Part shown: piece after piece, positions 26,673 through 38,834 of the stretch
How the letters are laid out: each line of letters starts with the position of its first letter
How positions within the stretch are numbered: the stretch's first letter is position 1
Origin: Octopus bimaculoides
Lineage: Eukaryota
Direction: 5' to 3'
DNA: 56,762 bases
Assembly (NCBI RefSeq): GCF_001194135.2
Contig: NC_068983.1
Location: forward strand, 153,129,426-153,186,187
Translations under genes and position numbers: made by a program
Notes under the pieces: generated by a model
Database searches by the model: none
Told to the model about the DNA's origin: nothing
Seen by the model: the letters and a program-made list of their open reading frames with translations, nothing else

Positions 26673-29554
26673 AGTTCGGTGGGGAGTGATGGGAAGGGAG
26701 AAATGAAAGCAGGTGTGAGATATAAGTGGAGAGTGAATAAGTGAGAATAATATAAAAGACAGCGAATATAATAGTGAAACGGTAAAGAGAATGAAACTGT
26801 CAGTAGTACATTCACTGTTTTCAGTGGGTGGGAGAGAAAGATAAATCGTTACAGGTAACGTTGACACACAAAACTTAATAAGCTCACTCCAAGACTGGAG
26901 GGAATATCTCTTACTTTCTCTGGTTATTGCAATTCATGACTTAATGCGCAAGTCGACTGAATGTTTTATATACTATATTTAGTCGCTTAGAGGATGAGTT
27001 GAACAAAATATATGTGAGACGTATTGTTAGTCGCCAGATTTTCGACAATTTCTTTTAAAACTTCTAGCATTATCAATCATATATATTATACACAACAAAA
27101 TTATATGAACTGAAATGCTCATAACTTTTCTGATGAATGACTAATTTTTATAGCCAATATACGCTAAGTTGTTCTACGATATGGTAAGAACGTGTTAGAT
27201 TATACTTGCTGGGGATCTAAAACCAAACCGTACTCAAAATTCTGACCGCACATACAAAAGAGCACGACTACTCTCCACTGTATGCTTACATTTAATTGTT
27301 ATATCAATCTAAATTTCAGATTTCGTTCCCTTGCTTTCCTTGGCAAACGTTGTCTTATAACGCTAATATATTTTTACGAGAGCGTAATTTCAAATAAACA
27401 TTATATGTGGCTCGGTGTACTAGTGCATAACTTCCCACTTAACAATATGATGAGTACAAACAAATATTTCCTCGAATTTTCATAACATGCAATAGTCCCT
27501 AGATTCGGCCGTAGACGTATACGCCCACAATTTTCGTCTATAAAGATGCTTGGCAAAACTAGCTATTTGTATATTTATATACTTTGGTAATAACTACTAT
27601 GGTTCCTTTTATAAGTGTATTCATTGTACTTGAGGGTACATGGGGATAAATGATGTTAAATATCGATTTTGAAATTGAAAATCACTTGCTTACTTCAGTG
27701 TAGTGTGTCATGACAGAAGTAATTTGGTGATGTTGGCAGACGACAGAGTTTTACATTATATTATAAATACTGACGTAACGATTCTGTTTTACACTAAATA
27801 AAGGTAATAACTCAAAACAGAAGCAGTGACACTATAAAACTGATATATACTCACTTAAATGACTCAAAGATAAAACGCAGTCTGTGATAGAAAGGCAAAC
27901 TGTCTTTGTAAATATTTGTCTTTTAACACGAATTTGGTCACATTAGCGGCCGCCTTGATTTTGATGCTTGTGAAAATACAAATTGTCAAATTGAGAGTGT
28001 ATTTCAATATGCCCGGCCAGAAATAGATACATAGCCTTCAGCGGTCTGTTTCATATAGTGGTTATGATTATAATTGTATTTCTGACCACAGTGATAGAAA
28101 GTAGTTATTTTACCTCCTTATTGAATACAATATTCACAATGATTCTCTCTACAAGTATAAATAACGCCTCTCGGCATTAACTTTTGAGTGTCTGCACGAG
28201 AAATTAGCTGCATAACCTTCGTTATAGCCATTAGATATAATCATCCAATGCTTAGTTTCATATCGCTCACAAAGTAGACAATTTGCGCAGCATTGTTGTA
28301 TTCATGTTTAATTATATGAGTAATGCAAGTAGCTGACTTTATAAAGCAAAACGTATCAGTCTGAGAGTTAGGAAATTTGAGTAATCTCATCAGCATTGTT
28401 TTTTCTCTGTATAACCCAGAAATATCTCTTTTTTTCAACATTAGAGAGAAAGTGTTTTTTTTTATATATCTGGAATGTGCAACGTAAAATAAACATACGT
28501 ACCAGTAATTTTTAAATTTAGTAACAATTGTGATATTGTATACGTTTTGTTATCAACGATAATGAATTACTAATCGAATTAAGTGCGAGATTGAACTCTT
28601 GGCTTATTGAAACTATAAGTTTGCTTGGAAGAAAAATTGTCTTTAGTACGTCACGGAAAAATGCAAGTCATTTCAAGGAAACGTCTGCTACATAGATTTC
28701 TAATTTATAAAATATCTGGAATATATTTATGGGGGCAATGAATAGTAATTATTAATTTTACTCACAAAAAAGGATGATGAATGTGGACTAGACAAGAGAA
28801 TAACACTGGATTTGCAGAGCTTTGTATTAACTACATCTTTTTCGAGTTGAAATCCAACTGGCGCCGTTTTGCTCTTAAATATATGGATTGCTCGCATTAT
28901 GTTACGCATAATCATATCATCTTTATATGATTATGGATAAACGAATACAATGCAACAGTGTAATAACAATATTATCGAAACAAATGACAGTAAGCACACA
29001 GAATGTAGAACAATCATTTAAGAACCAACAATCCAACACGCTAACTCGAACCTAAAATTTCGAATTCCAGCTTTGATCTATCAACACACGAACTGTGGAA
29101 CTAGCACGAGCTTTTTCTTTATTTGCCACACTGGGCATAACGAAGAGGGGACAGTGCAGGATCAGATAACACATAGAGAAGTCATGTTTTCTGTTTTTTT
29201 TTAATATTCCTATTAAAAATCAATTTCAATTTTAAAATTTCCATCTAAAATTAATATAATTATAAATGAATATTTACACATATCGCATGAAAGCTACATG
29301 GGCTCATTGGCCCACTGCCGTTAACTGACACTTCTTTCTATTCCGGTTGAATGGCTGAGCGCCATTCATCCTCAAATTCCTCACCACATTTTGCCATCTG
29401 TTACGAAACGTGCTATGCGACTGGTATTTATTTACCAGCCTAATCTTACTTTTAAGGTGATAGTTAAAGTAATTAACTAGACATTGGTTGGAAATAAAGG
29501 TGCCTGTCGCAATCCCTTTCGCAATCCCTTTCGCGCGTATCTTCCATACTGTTT

Positions 29555-29816
29555 ATTTATTTTATTTTGCACCCTTTTAAAGCCTAGCCAGGCTCATGGG
29601 CCCGGTTTCGCGGTTTCAATGGCGTATGCGTTCCCCGGCTGGACGGGACGCCAGTCCATCGCAGCGTTACTCATTTTTGCCAGCTGAGTGGACTGGAGCA
29701 ACGTGAAATGAAGTGTTTTGCTCAAGAACACAACGCGTCGCCCGGTCCAGGAATCGAAACCACAATCTTACGATCGTGGTACTGACACGCTAACCACTAA
29801 ACCACGCGTCTCCACT
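29555..29816 (-). mobile_element. Near full-length tRNA-derived SINE, family B (CORE-like)
   Basis: Reverse complement has A box TGGTTTAGTGG (29794-29804), B box GTTTCGATTCC (29750-29760), a CORE-like gtgttcttgagcaaaacact..gtccactcagctgg..aaatgagta segment and an A-rich tail; second copy at 46065-46306. Confidence 0.85.
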
Positions 29817-29859
29817 GTTTATTTTAGTATGGCTATAATACAGGAAAAACTGTCCCTCT

Positions 29860-30135
29860 TCTCCTTGTTAAGGGAAGAGGGAGGAACAATCTTGATAATT
29901 GATTCAGCTGATAGCTGTACTTGTTTCGTTGTTGACAACAGTTGTTCGATATAGGTTATCAGTCCTTTAACTCCACGCACAAACGAAGGCGTGCTGAACA
30001 GTTTCACTGTCCCGCAAGCATCTCGGGCATGTCGGTTGGATGGCACTACCGTGCCTCGATATCCTCTCTCGAACATGTAAGGCCGATGGGTAACACAACC
30101 AGGCCAGAGATTTCTGGTAATTATCCAGGCATTGT
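29860..30135 (-). mobile_element. L1/Tx1-like LINE ORF2 C-terminal remnant
   Basis: Reads ..RDACGTVKLFSTPSFVRGVKGLITYIEQLLSTTKQVQLSAESIIKIVPPSSLNKEKRDSF, a decayed version of the C-terminal C..C...ET..H....CP...W..VEQLL region of L1-clade ORF2, recognised from memory. Confidence 0.55.
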
Positions 30136-30140
30136 TACCA

Positions 30141-30200
30141 TAACCCTAAGCCGAACCCGAACCCTAACCCTAACTCTAACCCGAACCCGAACCCTATCCC
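30141..30200. repeat. Ten telomere-like hexamers (TAACCC/GAACCC variants)
   Basis: taaccc taagcc gaaccc gaaccc taaccc taactc taaccc gaaccc gaaccc tatccc, counted directly. Confidence 0.9.
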
Positions 30201-31400
30201 TCCTCTTTTTTTCTGCTCACGTTCTTCATCAGTTTCAGGCGGTGAGTCCATGAGCTTCGGTATCTCAAAAACTTTAATAATTCCCTCCTCCCTTCTTTCT
30301 TTTAACTGTTTATATAATGTTAAGTAATGCCGGCACCATAACTTGTTTTGATATTATGTTATGCAAGTAGTTGTCCTTTGAATTATATTTGATCAGTGTG
30401 GTCCTGTCTGCTGGAGTCGTATGGGTAAAGGGGCGGAGTGTTTGTGTTCTGCGTGGCGTGGTGCGTTAAATGTGTGGGTGTAGTATGTTGGAAGGGTATG
30501 AGTGACACACACTGTCTGTTCAGTCTCTTTCTTGATACTTCCGAGAATTCCTCCTCCGTTATAACGACCTCCATTTTATCTGCTGGAGAGGGAACTTCAC
30601 ATGTCACAACCTTTTTTTCACTTCTCTTGTTTTTTTTTTATTTTTTGGTTTTTAGCTTTTCTATTGATTTGTTTTTATTCAGCTTTCTCCTCCGCTTTTC
30701 CTGTGGCTGCGGGGAGGTCCTCTTCTTCTTTATTTTCGAGGAGCCGCACTTTGCTCATATGATGCCCTGTTTGTCACATTTGTAGACGTGCGGCTTTCTC
30801 CACTCGATATGTAACTTCAGTATGGTGTCTTCCCCGATCACCACACGATCGGGAATTTCTTCTAAGTCAGCCGATGTTGCTTGTATTAAGTTGTCTACAT
30901 TTTGCCCCAACCAATTTTGAAGAGTAGAGCGTGTTATCTGTAGGATGTTATGTTTATCCTCTCTGCCAGAGCAGAGCACTGCAATTATCTACCTCATGTC
31001 ACCTTCTGACGGTACTCCTTCAATTCTGATCTGGGATGTTCTAGGTCCCAGATATGAGGCGAGTAGAACAACATCCTTCCTTTTGATCGTTGTCACGGAA
31101 TTTCCTTCGCTTTTTCAGCGTTGATGAACCTTACTTCGATGGATGCAAACATTTTGCTTCGAGCCACATACGTAATATCGCCCTATATTGGCCCAATACA
31201 TTTTTTCAATTTTATCCTTTTCAAGATTCGTGATTTTCTTTCTGTAACATCGAAGGATTTAAACACAATGGTACTCTTGTTTCTATGCATCAATATTTCA
31301 CTTGGTGCGGGGAGATGCGAACATCTTCCCTATCAATTGTACGAATGCCATAGAAAGCTTGGTAATCGGTTCTTGATACCGTTACGTTTTGATGCGACAC
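30200..31400 (-). mobile_element. L1/Tx1-like LINE ORF1 (gag-like), frameshifted
   Basis: Pieces read LPAPSEILMHRNKSTIVFKSF.., FASIEVRF, LLASYLGPRTSQIRIEGVP, decayed zinc knuckle PHVYKCDKQGH (~30745-30795), EEEFSEVSRKR and an acidic end PPETDEERE. Confidence 0.7.
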
Positions 31401-31464
31401 ATTCATTATGTCAGCCTAGTTTCTCTTTTCTTCAGTATTCTTTTTTTAACTAAGTATTCACTGT

Positions 31465-32640
31465 TAATTCCCAAAGTTGCAGCCGGTTCCCAGTTTGAGT
31501 CGGTAACACATTTTTAGACGCATAAATCGACAGCAATAAAAAATTTCTGCCATGCAGAAATCTGTCAATTTTTTTACTGCAAAATAAATTCCTAGGGCCT
31601 CCTTTCCAATTTGACTATATCTCTTCCCTGTCGCTATTAGCCAGCGCGAAACATGAACCATTAGTTTTGTACAGTAATGTGCTAACGACAAGTCTGAGAT
31701 TAGAATTTTCTTTCTTTCTTGAAAAGAGTTCTGACTTTTAGTGGACCAATTCCACTTTACTCCTTTTTTTAATAATTCGTTCAATGGAGCTCTTAACTTG
31801 TGCATATTACGAATGTAGCTTTGATAAAAGTTTGCCAAGACAAGAAATCCTTATAAAGTTGGAATATCTTTCGGCGCAGACATATTCCTTATAGCGTCTG
31901 ATCTCGTTGGATCAGGACGTCTACCTCTTTTGCCAGTTATTTACTCTAAGTACTTAACTTGGGGTAGAAAGAATTTCGTATTTTACTTCATTCAAAGTAA
32001 ACCGGAAAACTGTTAATTTCTTAAACAAGGTTTTATGTGCTTCTCACCAGAATTATTCTTGATCAAAATATCGTCCAAGTACGGGATTGCAAATTTACAA
32101 TCAGATAACATTAGTATCCATGACTTGCTGGAATATTGCTGGTGCCACTTTTAATTCAAAAGGTAATCGTATATATCTGTACAAGTCTCTCTGTGTATTT
32201 ATAGTAAAATATTTTGAGCATTGTTCATTTACATTTATCTGTAAATAGGCTTCAGATAGATCTAATTTCGGAAAACTTTTTCCACCATTTAAATTTGGGA
32301 AAATGTCCTTTGCAGTCGGGAGTGGTATGTTTTTAAGACGTTGTTCAATACTGTTGAGGAGTCGATACATAACTTAATCATATTAATATTTTTAACTCTT
32401 CAATTGCCACGTACGGTACTTTTCTGTTAGCTTTAAATACAAGTACAGCGTTTTCACTTACTTGGAAATAGGCTTCCATCTTTCTATATAGACGTAAATA
32501 CTTTGACTGAACTTGCGGGATATTATTTTCACTTTTTTCATCAGTTCTTCCGAAGACTTGTTTTTAACGGGACAACCATTTATGTTATTGCTGTAAAGAT
32601 TTATGAGGAGGTGCCATAAATTGAATAGTTGTAGCCAATA
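31465..32640 (-). mobile_element. Ty3/Gypsy LTR retrotransposon pol fragment (RT-RNase H)
   Basis: PLPTAKDIFPNLNGGKSFPKLDLSEAYLQ, RLPFELKVAPAIFQQVMD, catalytic YLDD at 32070-32081, ANFYQSYIRNMHKLRAPLNELLKKGVKWNW, YSQIGKEALGIYFAVKK. No LTRs or integrase seen. Confidence 0.92.
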
Positions 32641-33028
32641 TATANNNNNNNNNNNNNNNNNNNNNNNNNNNNNNNNNNNNNNNNNNNNNNNNNNNNNNNN
32701 NNNNNNNNNNNNNNNNNNNNNNNNNNNNNNNNNNNNNNNNNNNNNNNNNNNNNNNNNNNNNNNNNNNNNNNNNNNNNNNNNNNNNNNNNNNNNNNNNNNN
32801 NNNNNNNNNNNNNNNNNNNNNNNNNNNNNNNNNNNNNNNNNNNNNNNNNNNNNNNNNNNNNNNNNNNNNNNNNNNNNNNNNNNNNNNNNNNNNNNNNNNN
32901 NNNNNNNNNNNNNNNNNNNNNNNNNNNNNNNNNNNNNNNNNNNNNNNNNNNNNNNNNNNNNNNNNNNNNNNNNNNNNNNNNNNNNNNNNNNNNNNNNNNN
33001 NNNNNNNNNNNNNNNNNNNNNNNNNNNN

Positions 33029-33094
<66 letters not shown>

Positions 33095-34374
33095 TGTGTG
33101 TGTATGTATATATACATATAGAACGAGAGAGAAAGAGAGAAGGCAAGAGATATGTTGCAGGTATTTGAATGCAGGTACATACACATAAATGCATGTATAT
33201 TATTTTATTCATGTATTTTATTACAAGGTTACATTAATCACGCATGTTTATATATTTTGTAACAGTGATTGATGTATAATATCAATAACTATAATTCTGA
33301 ATGGGCCCAGTCACGATATAGTATAACTGCAAGTTTATTTGATACAAGTATAATTACCGAACCAAGAAAACACTGATGATGAATTTTATTCGCTTCGTTT
33401 CAGTAGTATATAATAATGCTTCTTTAGAAATAAAATACTGCACAACTCCAAGGTGCACTGTATTGCGCTCAGTAGTGCAGTTAATGAATATGAAAGACCA
33501 CATTTATATAGATTATATCTATAATGCTTTATCTAATGGAATTAATAATTACAGTTTATGGCCTCTATAAATGAATTGCAGACATTTATAAAATGGAGAT
33601 TTATCTAGCAGCCATTTTCTTCAGACTAGTCGTATTGTGTCAGTGATACACTAATGAAAAGTGAGGGACTTATACTTAAATATATTCGTTATTGTCGATA
33701 ACTAAAAGTGAACGATAACGCATTAGTTTGTAAATTATAGAATTACTGTTGCATGAGTCTACTTTGCGTTGCTCATTCATGATATGGAAAGCTCTTTTCT
33801 GCAGTCTTGCTAAAGAGTGGATTTGGGGGATATAAGAAAAAGAGGCGATGCTGAGACGAAAGTTTCCAATAAGATACAGCTGAATATACAGGTGACAGAT
33901 CTAAAATAATGACAATTGACCTGATTGAAAACATACTACACTCCAAACAAAGGCCATCTCCGTCATCTATTTAAACGATCCGTACGAGGATGTTGATAAT
34001 TTATAGGACAAGAAAAATTCCCAAGAAACGATTGACAAATAAACGCTCAAGTTATTAACCAATAAATAGCTAGCCAGTAACCAGTAACTTACCCATCAAA
34101 AATACTGTCCAAAAGGATAATTAAATGCATATAAAATATAAAAGAATGTAATTCAATGAAAGCATAAAGCGTGTATTCTCATTTTATACCTAGTAATTAA
34201 AAACGTATTTCGTTACATGATGCTACTCTATAATGCGTATAAACGAAACGTATAACTGCTACGTGTCTGGAATAACGACACAACTCCTTTTCATTGGTGC
34301 ACCAAAATGCTGGCAGTACACCAATTTGATGTTAACATGATTTACTTGATTAAAATGACGAAGGAGAAATTGCC

Positions 34375-34388
34375 GTCACCATAGCAAC
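34375..34388. promoter_or_regulatory. Candidate RFX X-box GTCACCATAGCAAC
   Basis: Exact fit to the stringent GTNRCC-AT-RGYAAC consensus; CCAAT/ATTGG at 34059, 34293 and 34321; TGACGTCA at 34871-34878. Confidence 0.35.
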
Positions 34389-34584
34389 AAGACTGAAAGC
34401 TTCAGCCTCATAGGAATATCTACAATTGTTTAATATAAAAGTAAAATATGCTGCAAATCAATTATATCATCGTGTAACTAATTAAAGTTTAAATCTAAAT
34501 TAGTAACACGATTTCTGATACCAATGCCATAATTTAAATGGTGGCAAGTAATCAATATTTTTTTAAATATGATTCCACCCATGA

Positions 34585-34588
34585 AATA

Positions 34589-34647
<59 letters not shown>

Positions 34648-34683
34648 CAATAATAATAATATTGATAATAATATTAATAATAA
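34585..34683. repeat. (TAA)n microsatellite
   Basis: Direct reading. Confidence 0.95.
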
Positions 34684-34914
34684 TGCATACAACGTTTCTC
34701 TGCCCTAGGTGTACGGAAAACACTCGGCGAGAAATGGGAAAAAAATTGAAGAAAGAAGAAAAAAAAACATAATAATAATAGTAATGATGAAGAATATATA
34801 ATGAATAGATGCAATCTCAATGAGACAACTGAATTAACAATATTTTGAATGCAAAATCAAAAGTAATACGTGACGTCATACTGAGTGGAACGTTAGATGA
34901 CAAATATCCCTTAA

Positions 34915-35600
34915 TAAATTTTGGAGATTGTTTCAACTAATTACATCTGGCTAAAAAAAATTTTGTTAATCACCCGCCCTTTTGGTTACTCCACATTACA
35001 TCTTTCACCAACGTCTTCATACAGGGGAACACCTCGTGACCATCCAAAATACAAGAAGGCAGTGCCGAGAACTTCAGTATGGGCTCGACTTATAGCCGGG
35101 TTCTATACAAATTAAAAGCTTTTCAGCAAAATTCCGAACACCAACAATACATCGACACTAAACGAAAGTGTACAAAAGGCATTTTTGGCTCAGCAGAAAT
35201 CTCAGACAATTCAAACTGATGACAAATCCGTGACTGTTGTGCTTTTTGTTTCACTTAACTTCCCCTGTAGCAGTCCTAAAGAACGTATTTGAGGTAATTA
35301 TCTATTCTGTAGAACCTACTGGTATCCGAAACTTAAACTGTTGATTTTCATCGTGGCGCAGATTACTAAACGATGCCGTACAGCTTTCTTACAGTTAGAT
35401 CTATATAGCCTGCTATAGGGCGAGTCCATACTGAAGTTCTCAACGCTGCATTCCTGTATTTGGTACAATCACATGGTTTTCCTCTACATGATGACTTTGA
35501 TGAAAGTGTAATGTGGAGTGACAAAAAAGACAAGCGATTGACAAAATTTTCTTCAGCTAGATGTCGGATGTAATTCGTTGAATTAGTCTCCAAAGTTCGG
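34915..35600. repeat. Long imperfect inverted repeat, arms ~34915-35108 and ~35400-35600, spacer ~290 bp
   Basis: Hand alignment of arm 1 with the reverse complement of arm 2 shows shared blocks tttggaga, caac.aattacat, aaaattttgt.aatc, ctccacattaca, aaataca.gaa.gcag, gagaacttcagtatgg.ctcg and tatagc; roughly three quarters identical by eye. Confidence 0.88.
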
Positions 35601-35930
35601 CAAAATATGCCCAATTCTTTGCGCCTTTTTATTTACCATATGACACTCCATATTCCTTTCATTCACTTCTTGTTACACACTGTAGCCAGGTCTATGCAAC
35701 TCATTTTATATCTGATATATAAGACTTCTGCATTGGTTTCACATATACTACTGGCAATGTATAATTGTCCTGTGCTGCCATTTATGCCTTTCTTCTTGAA
35801 GAAAACATTTTGTTCGAGAACTAATGTATTTTCCTATGTAATCCCTGTTAAGGCAAAACTGTTACGTTTTTCAGCAGTTAGCTGACTCCCATCATTTGGT
35901 ATTACATTCACGTTCCTTCCACTGTTAGTA
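35400..35930 (-). pseudogene. Heavily decayed C2H2 zinc-finger array
   Basis: Fragments HKWQH-TGQLY, ICET, VCNKK, FVNR..STLHFHQ and GKPCDCTKY..TR.I fit C-x2-C-x3-F-x5-L-x2-H-x3-H-TGEKPY only after allowing several indels; the mirrored arm reads FHQRLHTGE cleanly at 35003-35029 on the + strand. Confidence 0.45.
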
Positions 35931-38019
35931 ATAGTAGTGGTGATGGTTGATACTCTGTATCGTATTTCTATCGTTCTCTTGATGTTGGTGTTTGTGTTGT
36001 TACGTTACGAATTTTATGTTCAAAGTTGTTGTTGTTGTTATATGACAAGATGTTAATGCTACAAAGAAAACGGAATATGTGAAATATTTTCTAAAATAAT
36101 ATTCTAAAGCTAGAAATTCTGAATGTGGCAATAAATTAAATATGGTAACAATTAAAATGTTAAATATCCGAAACACATTCCCAGTTTTAAAAGTTAACGA
36201 CAAAATAGTAACATTAAGAGAAAATGCAAACTTATTCATCATGAATAAAAACAATGAGATTTGCTAACTTTTGGGAACAATTGAGAAAATTTCCAATCGT
36301 TCCTCCTACGCGAAATATGTAAGTCAAAGAATTTTAATAAAAGTTAATTTACCTAATTTTAATTTACTTTTTTTCAAAAGAAGAAATCTCCTCCGCAGGA
36401 AAATTAAGGAATTTAAATAACACTTAGTTGTTTTTCATCTTGCTTTTCAAGTATAATCTTCAATGTCTAATTTCCTCACTATCGTTTCTTTATTTGTAAT
36501 TAGTCTTTGTAAATCAAGAAACAAATGAAATTTTGAAGACATTAGGAGTAAATTGTATAATTGTTAATAAATCAAACAACTAGATAAATTACTTGAAAAG
36601 GTTAAATCTTTTGGAATGATATCCAGTATCACTTATTTGCTATGAAATAAGTAGTAGTATTCAAAATACATACAATAAATGTGTGACCTTTCAATAATGC
36701 TAAACATGAGTATTTTCCCATTTTAATGTCTTCAGATTCGTTGTTGCCTTTTGTGAAAATGTCCTTTCCTTCTCTTTATCTCCATGACACAGTAACATAA
36801 TAAAACAATTGTGGATTAATAGGATTAAAAGGTTATTAGAGAAAAGAAACGTTAAATATTTGATTTCATTTTTATTATGCAATAACATTCGGTGATTTAT
36901 AAACTATACACAATTGTTTGTTAGCAATATAAAATTGTATAAAACACATTTGCTTCAGCTTTTAATGCATTTCTGATCACTCTTGATATGCAATACTCAC
37001 ATTAAAAGATGCATGATATAACAATACATATGCACTATCTAACTTACTGCAATCATTTATTGAAAACTATACACTGAAGAATTACGGGTACTGTTAACAT
37101 TTGGAAATGTAATATACTCAATTTATGCATAGTGTTACGGAACTGTAAACTGCCTTATTACAAGGCGAAGTTGAAATACCGAGTTCTTATATTTCCAAAT
37201 GGCATTAGTGACAAGAATGAATAATGATGTTTGCTTTGAGTAAAAGAAGTATAAAGAGATTTCAGATAAAGAGAAGGTCTGGTCAACAGCATTTATTCAA
37301 GTAGGTACAATGCATGTGAGAAGTTTTAGAAAAATCTTGCGAAATTCTAATTTAACATTTTCTTCGGAAATCCATCTGTCTAGTGAGAAACGATATCCAG
37401 CAGACATGTTAAGTCTAGTCGAAGAATTGTTTGCTTGATTCAGGTTATTTGCATCATGTATCTCCCTGAATGTTGCGTACATCATATCCTTTACTACCTA
37501 CTCGAACTTGTTTTGTCGAAGGCTATCTTGATTCACTGATTCCTAACGTTAAAGAAAAGTATGTTCAAGGCTAACCGTACGCATTCAGAAGAATGCATTG
37601 ATATTGCAATGCAATCTAGCCTCAAGTGGTGCATTGAATTCATTTTATCTGTACGCCTAAACAATTTAGCGCGTAGCTTTCATTCAACTATTATAACATC
37701 AGCTCCCGCCATGCTTAAGCATGATTAATGGACTAAGAATAATTCAAATCCTTATGTCAATTTATATAATTTCTTGTTGATTGTTGTACAGCTTTGAATT
37801 TGACACAAAAAGTAGTAATATATCTGATCCTATTGATCATAGTGGCTGTTGGAGGCGAAGACAATCTAAAATGGGTAACCACTACGTTATTCAGTCCATT
37901 AAATATAGTAAATGAAGAAGTCGTGACGCTATAAAGTGTAAACTCTCCGTACATGCTCTTTAAGTAAATAAATATATTCTAAACCAAGCTAACCCTTACC
38001 TCTGATGCATTTAAATAGC

Positions 38020-38625
38020 TCTCTCACTCTGTTTCTCTCGAAGACACTAAGTTACCCTTCCTAATTTCTCCTGTCCCTAAACTTCTTCCGTATGCTGTCA
38101 GGTCTGTCCTCCAATTCGCCATACTTTTTCCAAACAATCGTTCAACATTCGATGCAATACCAAATAGGCTCATGCATTCCATAATCCAAGAATTTGTGAT
38201 CATATTGTACGCTTTATGATAGTCGATCCATGCCTCTTGCTCCTCTTGTAGTCTCTAAGTACAATTTTGTCTACAGGAGTTGATCCTTGGTACCTCTGTA
38301 CTTACACTTCCAACCCTGTTCATGTAGTAGGACTCCATTTTTTCCTGAGGTTCGTATATTGACTTTGCGAGAATTGCAGTCAATAACTTCCACATATGTG
38401 GCAAACAGGATATCGGCCTATAATTGTCTACCGTGTTGCCTTTTTCCATGTTTTTCAGACACAGCACTCTCCTACCCAATGTGAACCATTCTGGTATTAC
38501 TTGGTCAGCATTTAACAAGGTGTTTATTTGCGCAGCTATTCTTTCATTACATTCACCAAATCTTTTGACCCAGGAGCCTTGAAGTCCGCCTGGTCCCGGA
38601 GCCCTTCAGCTGCTCATATTTTTGC
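38020..38625 (-). mobile_element. R4/Dong-clade non-LTR retrotransposon RT fragment, copy 1
   Basis: APGPGGLQGSWVKRF, WFTLGRRVLCLK..KGNTVDNYRPISCLPHMWKLLT, AWIDYHKAYNMITNSWIMECM; characteristic of R4-clade RT N-terminal motifs. Confidence 0.85.
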
Positions 38626-38629
38626 TGAT

Positions 38630-38706
38630 TTCCTTTTCTATCTATCTATCTATCTATCTGACAGTTATTCTGTCTGTCTGCTTCTCTCTTATACTCTCTT
38701 TCGCCA

Positions 38707-38757
<51 letters not shown>

Positions 38758-38780
38758 NNNNNNNNNNNNNNNNNNNNNNN

Positions 38781-38834
<54 letters not shown>

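Noticed and set aside
29740-29816. A-box/B-box segment as a tRNA gene (also 11455-11520 and 46230-46306)
   Set aside because: No complete cloverleaf; it continues into a shared SINE body present in several copies.
34685-34770. Minus-strand 14-nt exon after a long pyrimidine tract
   Set aside because: Not frame-preserving, and the tract is mostly simple A/G-rich sequence on the + strand; no other support.
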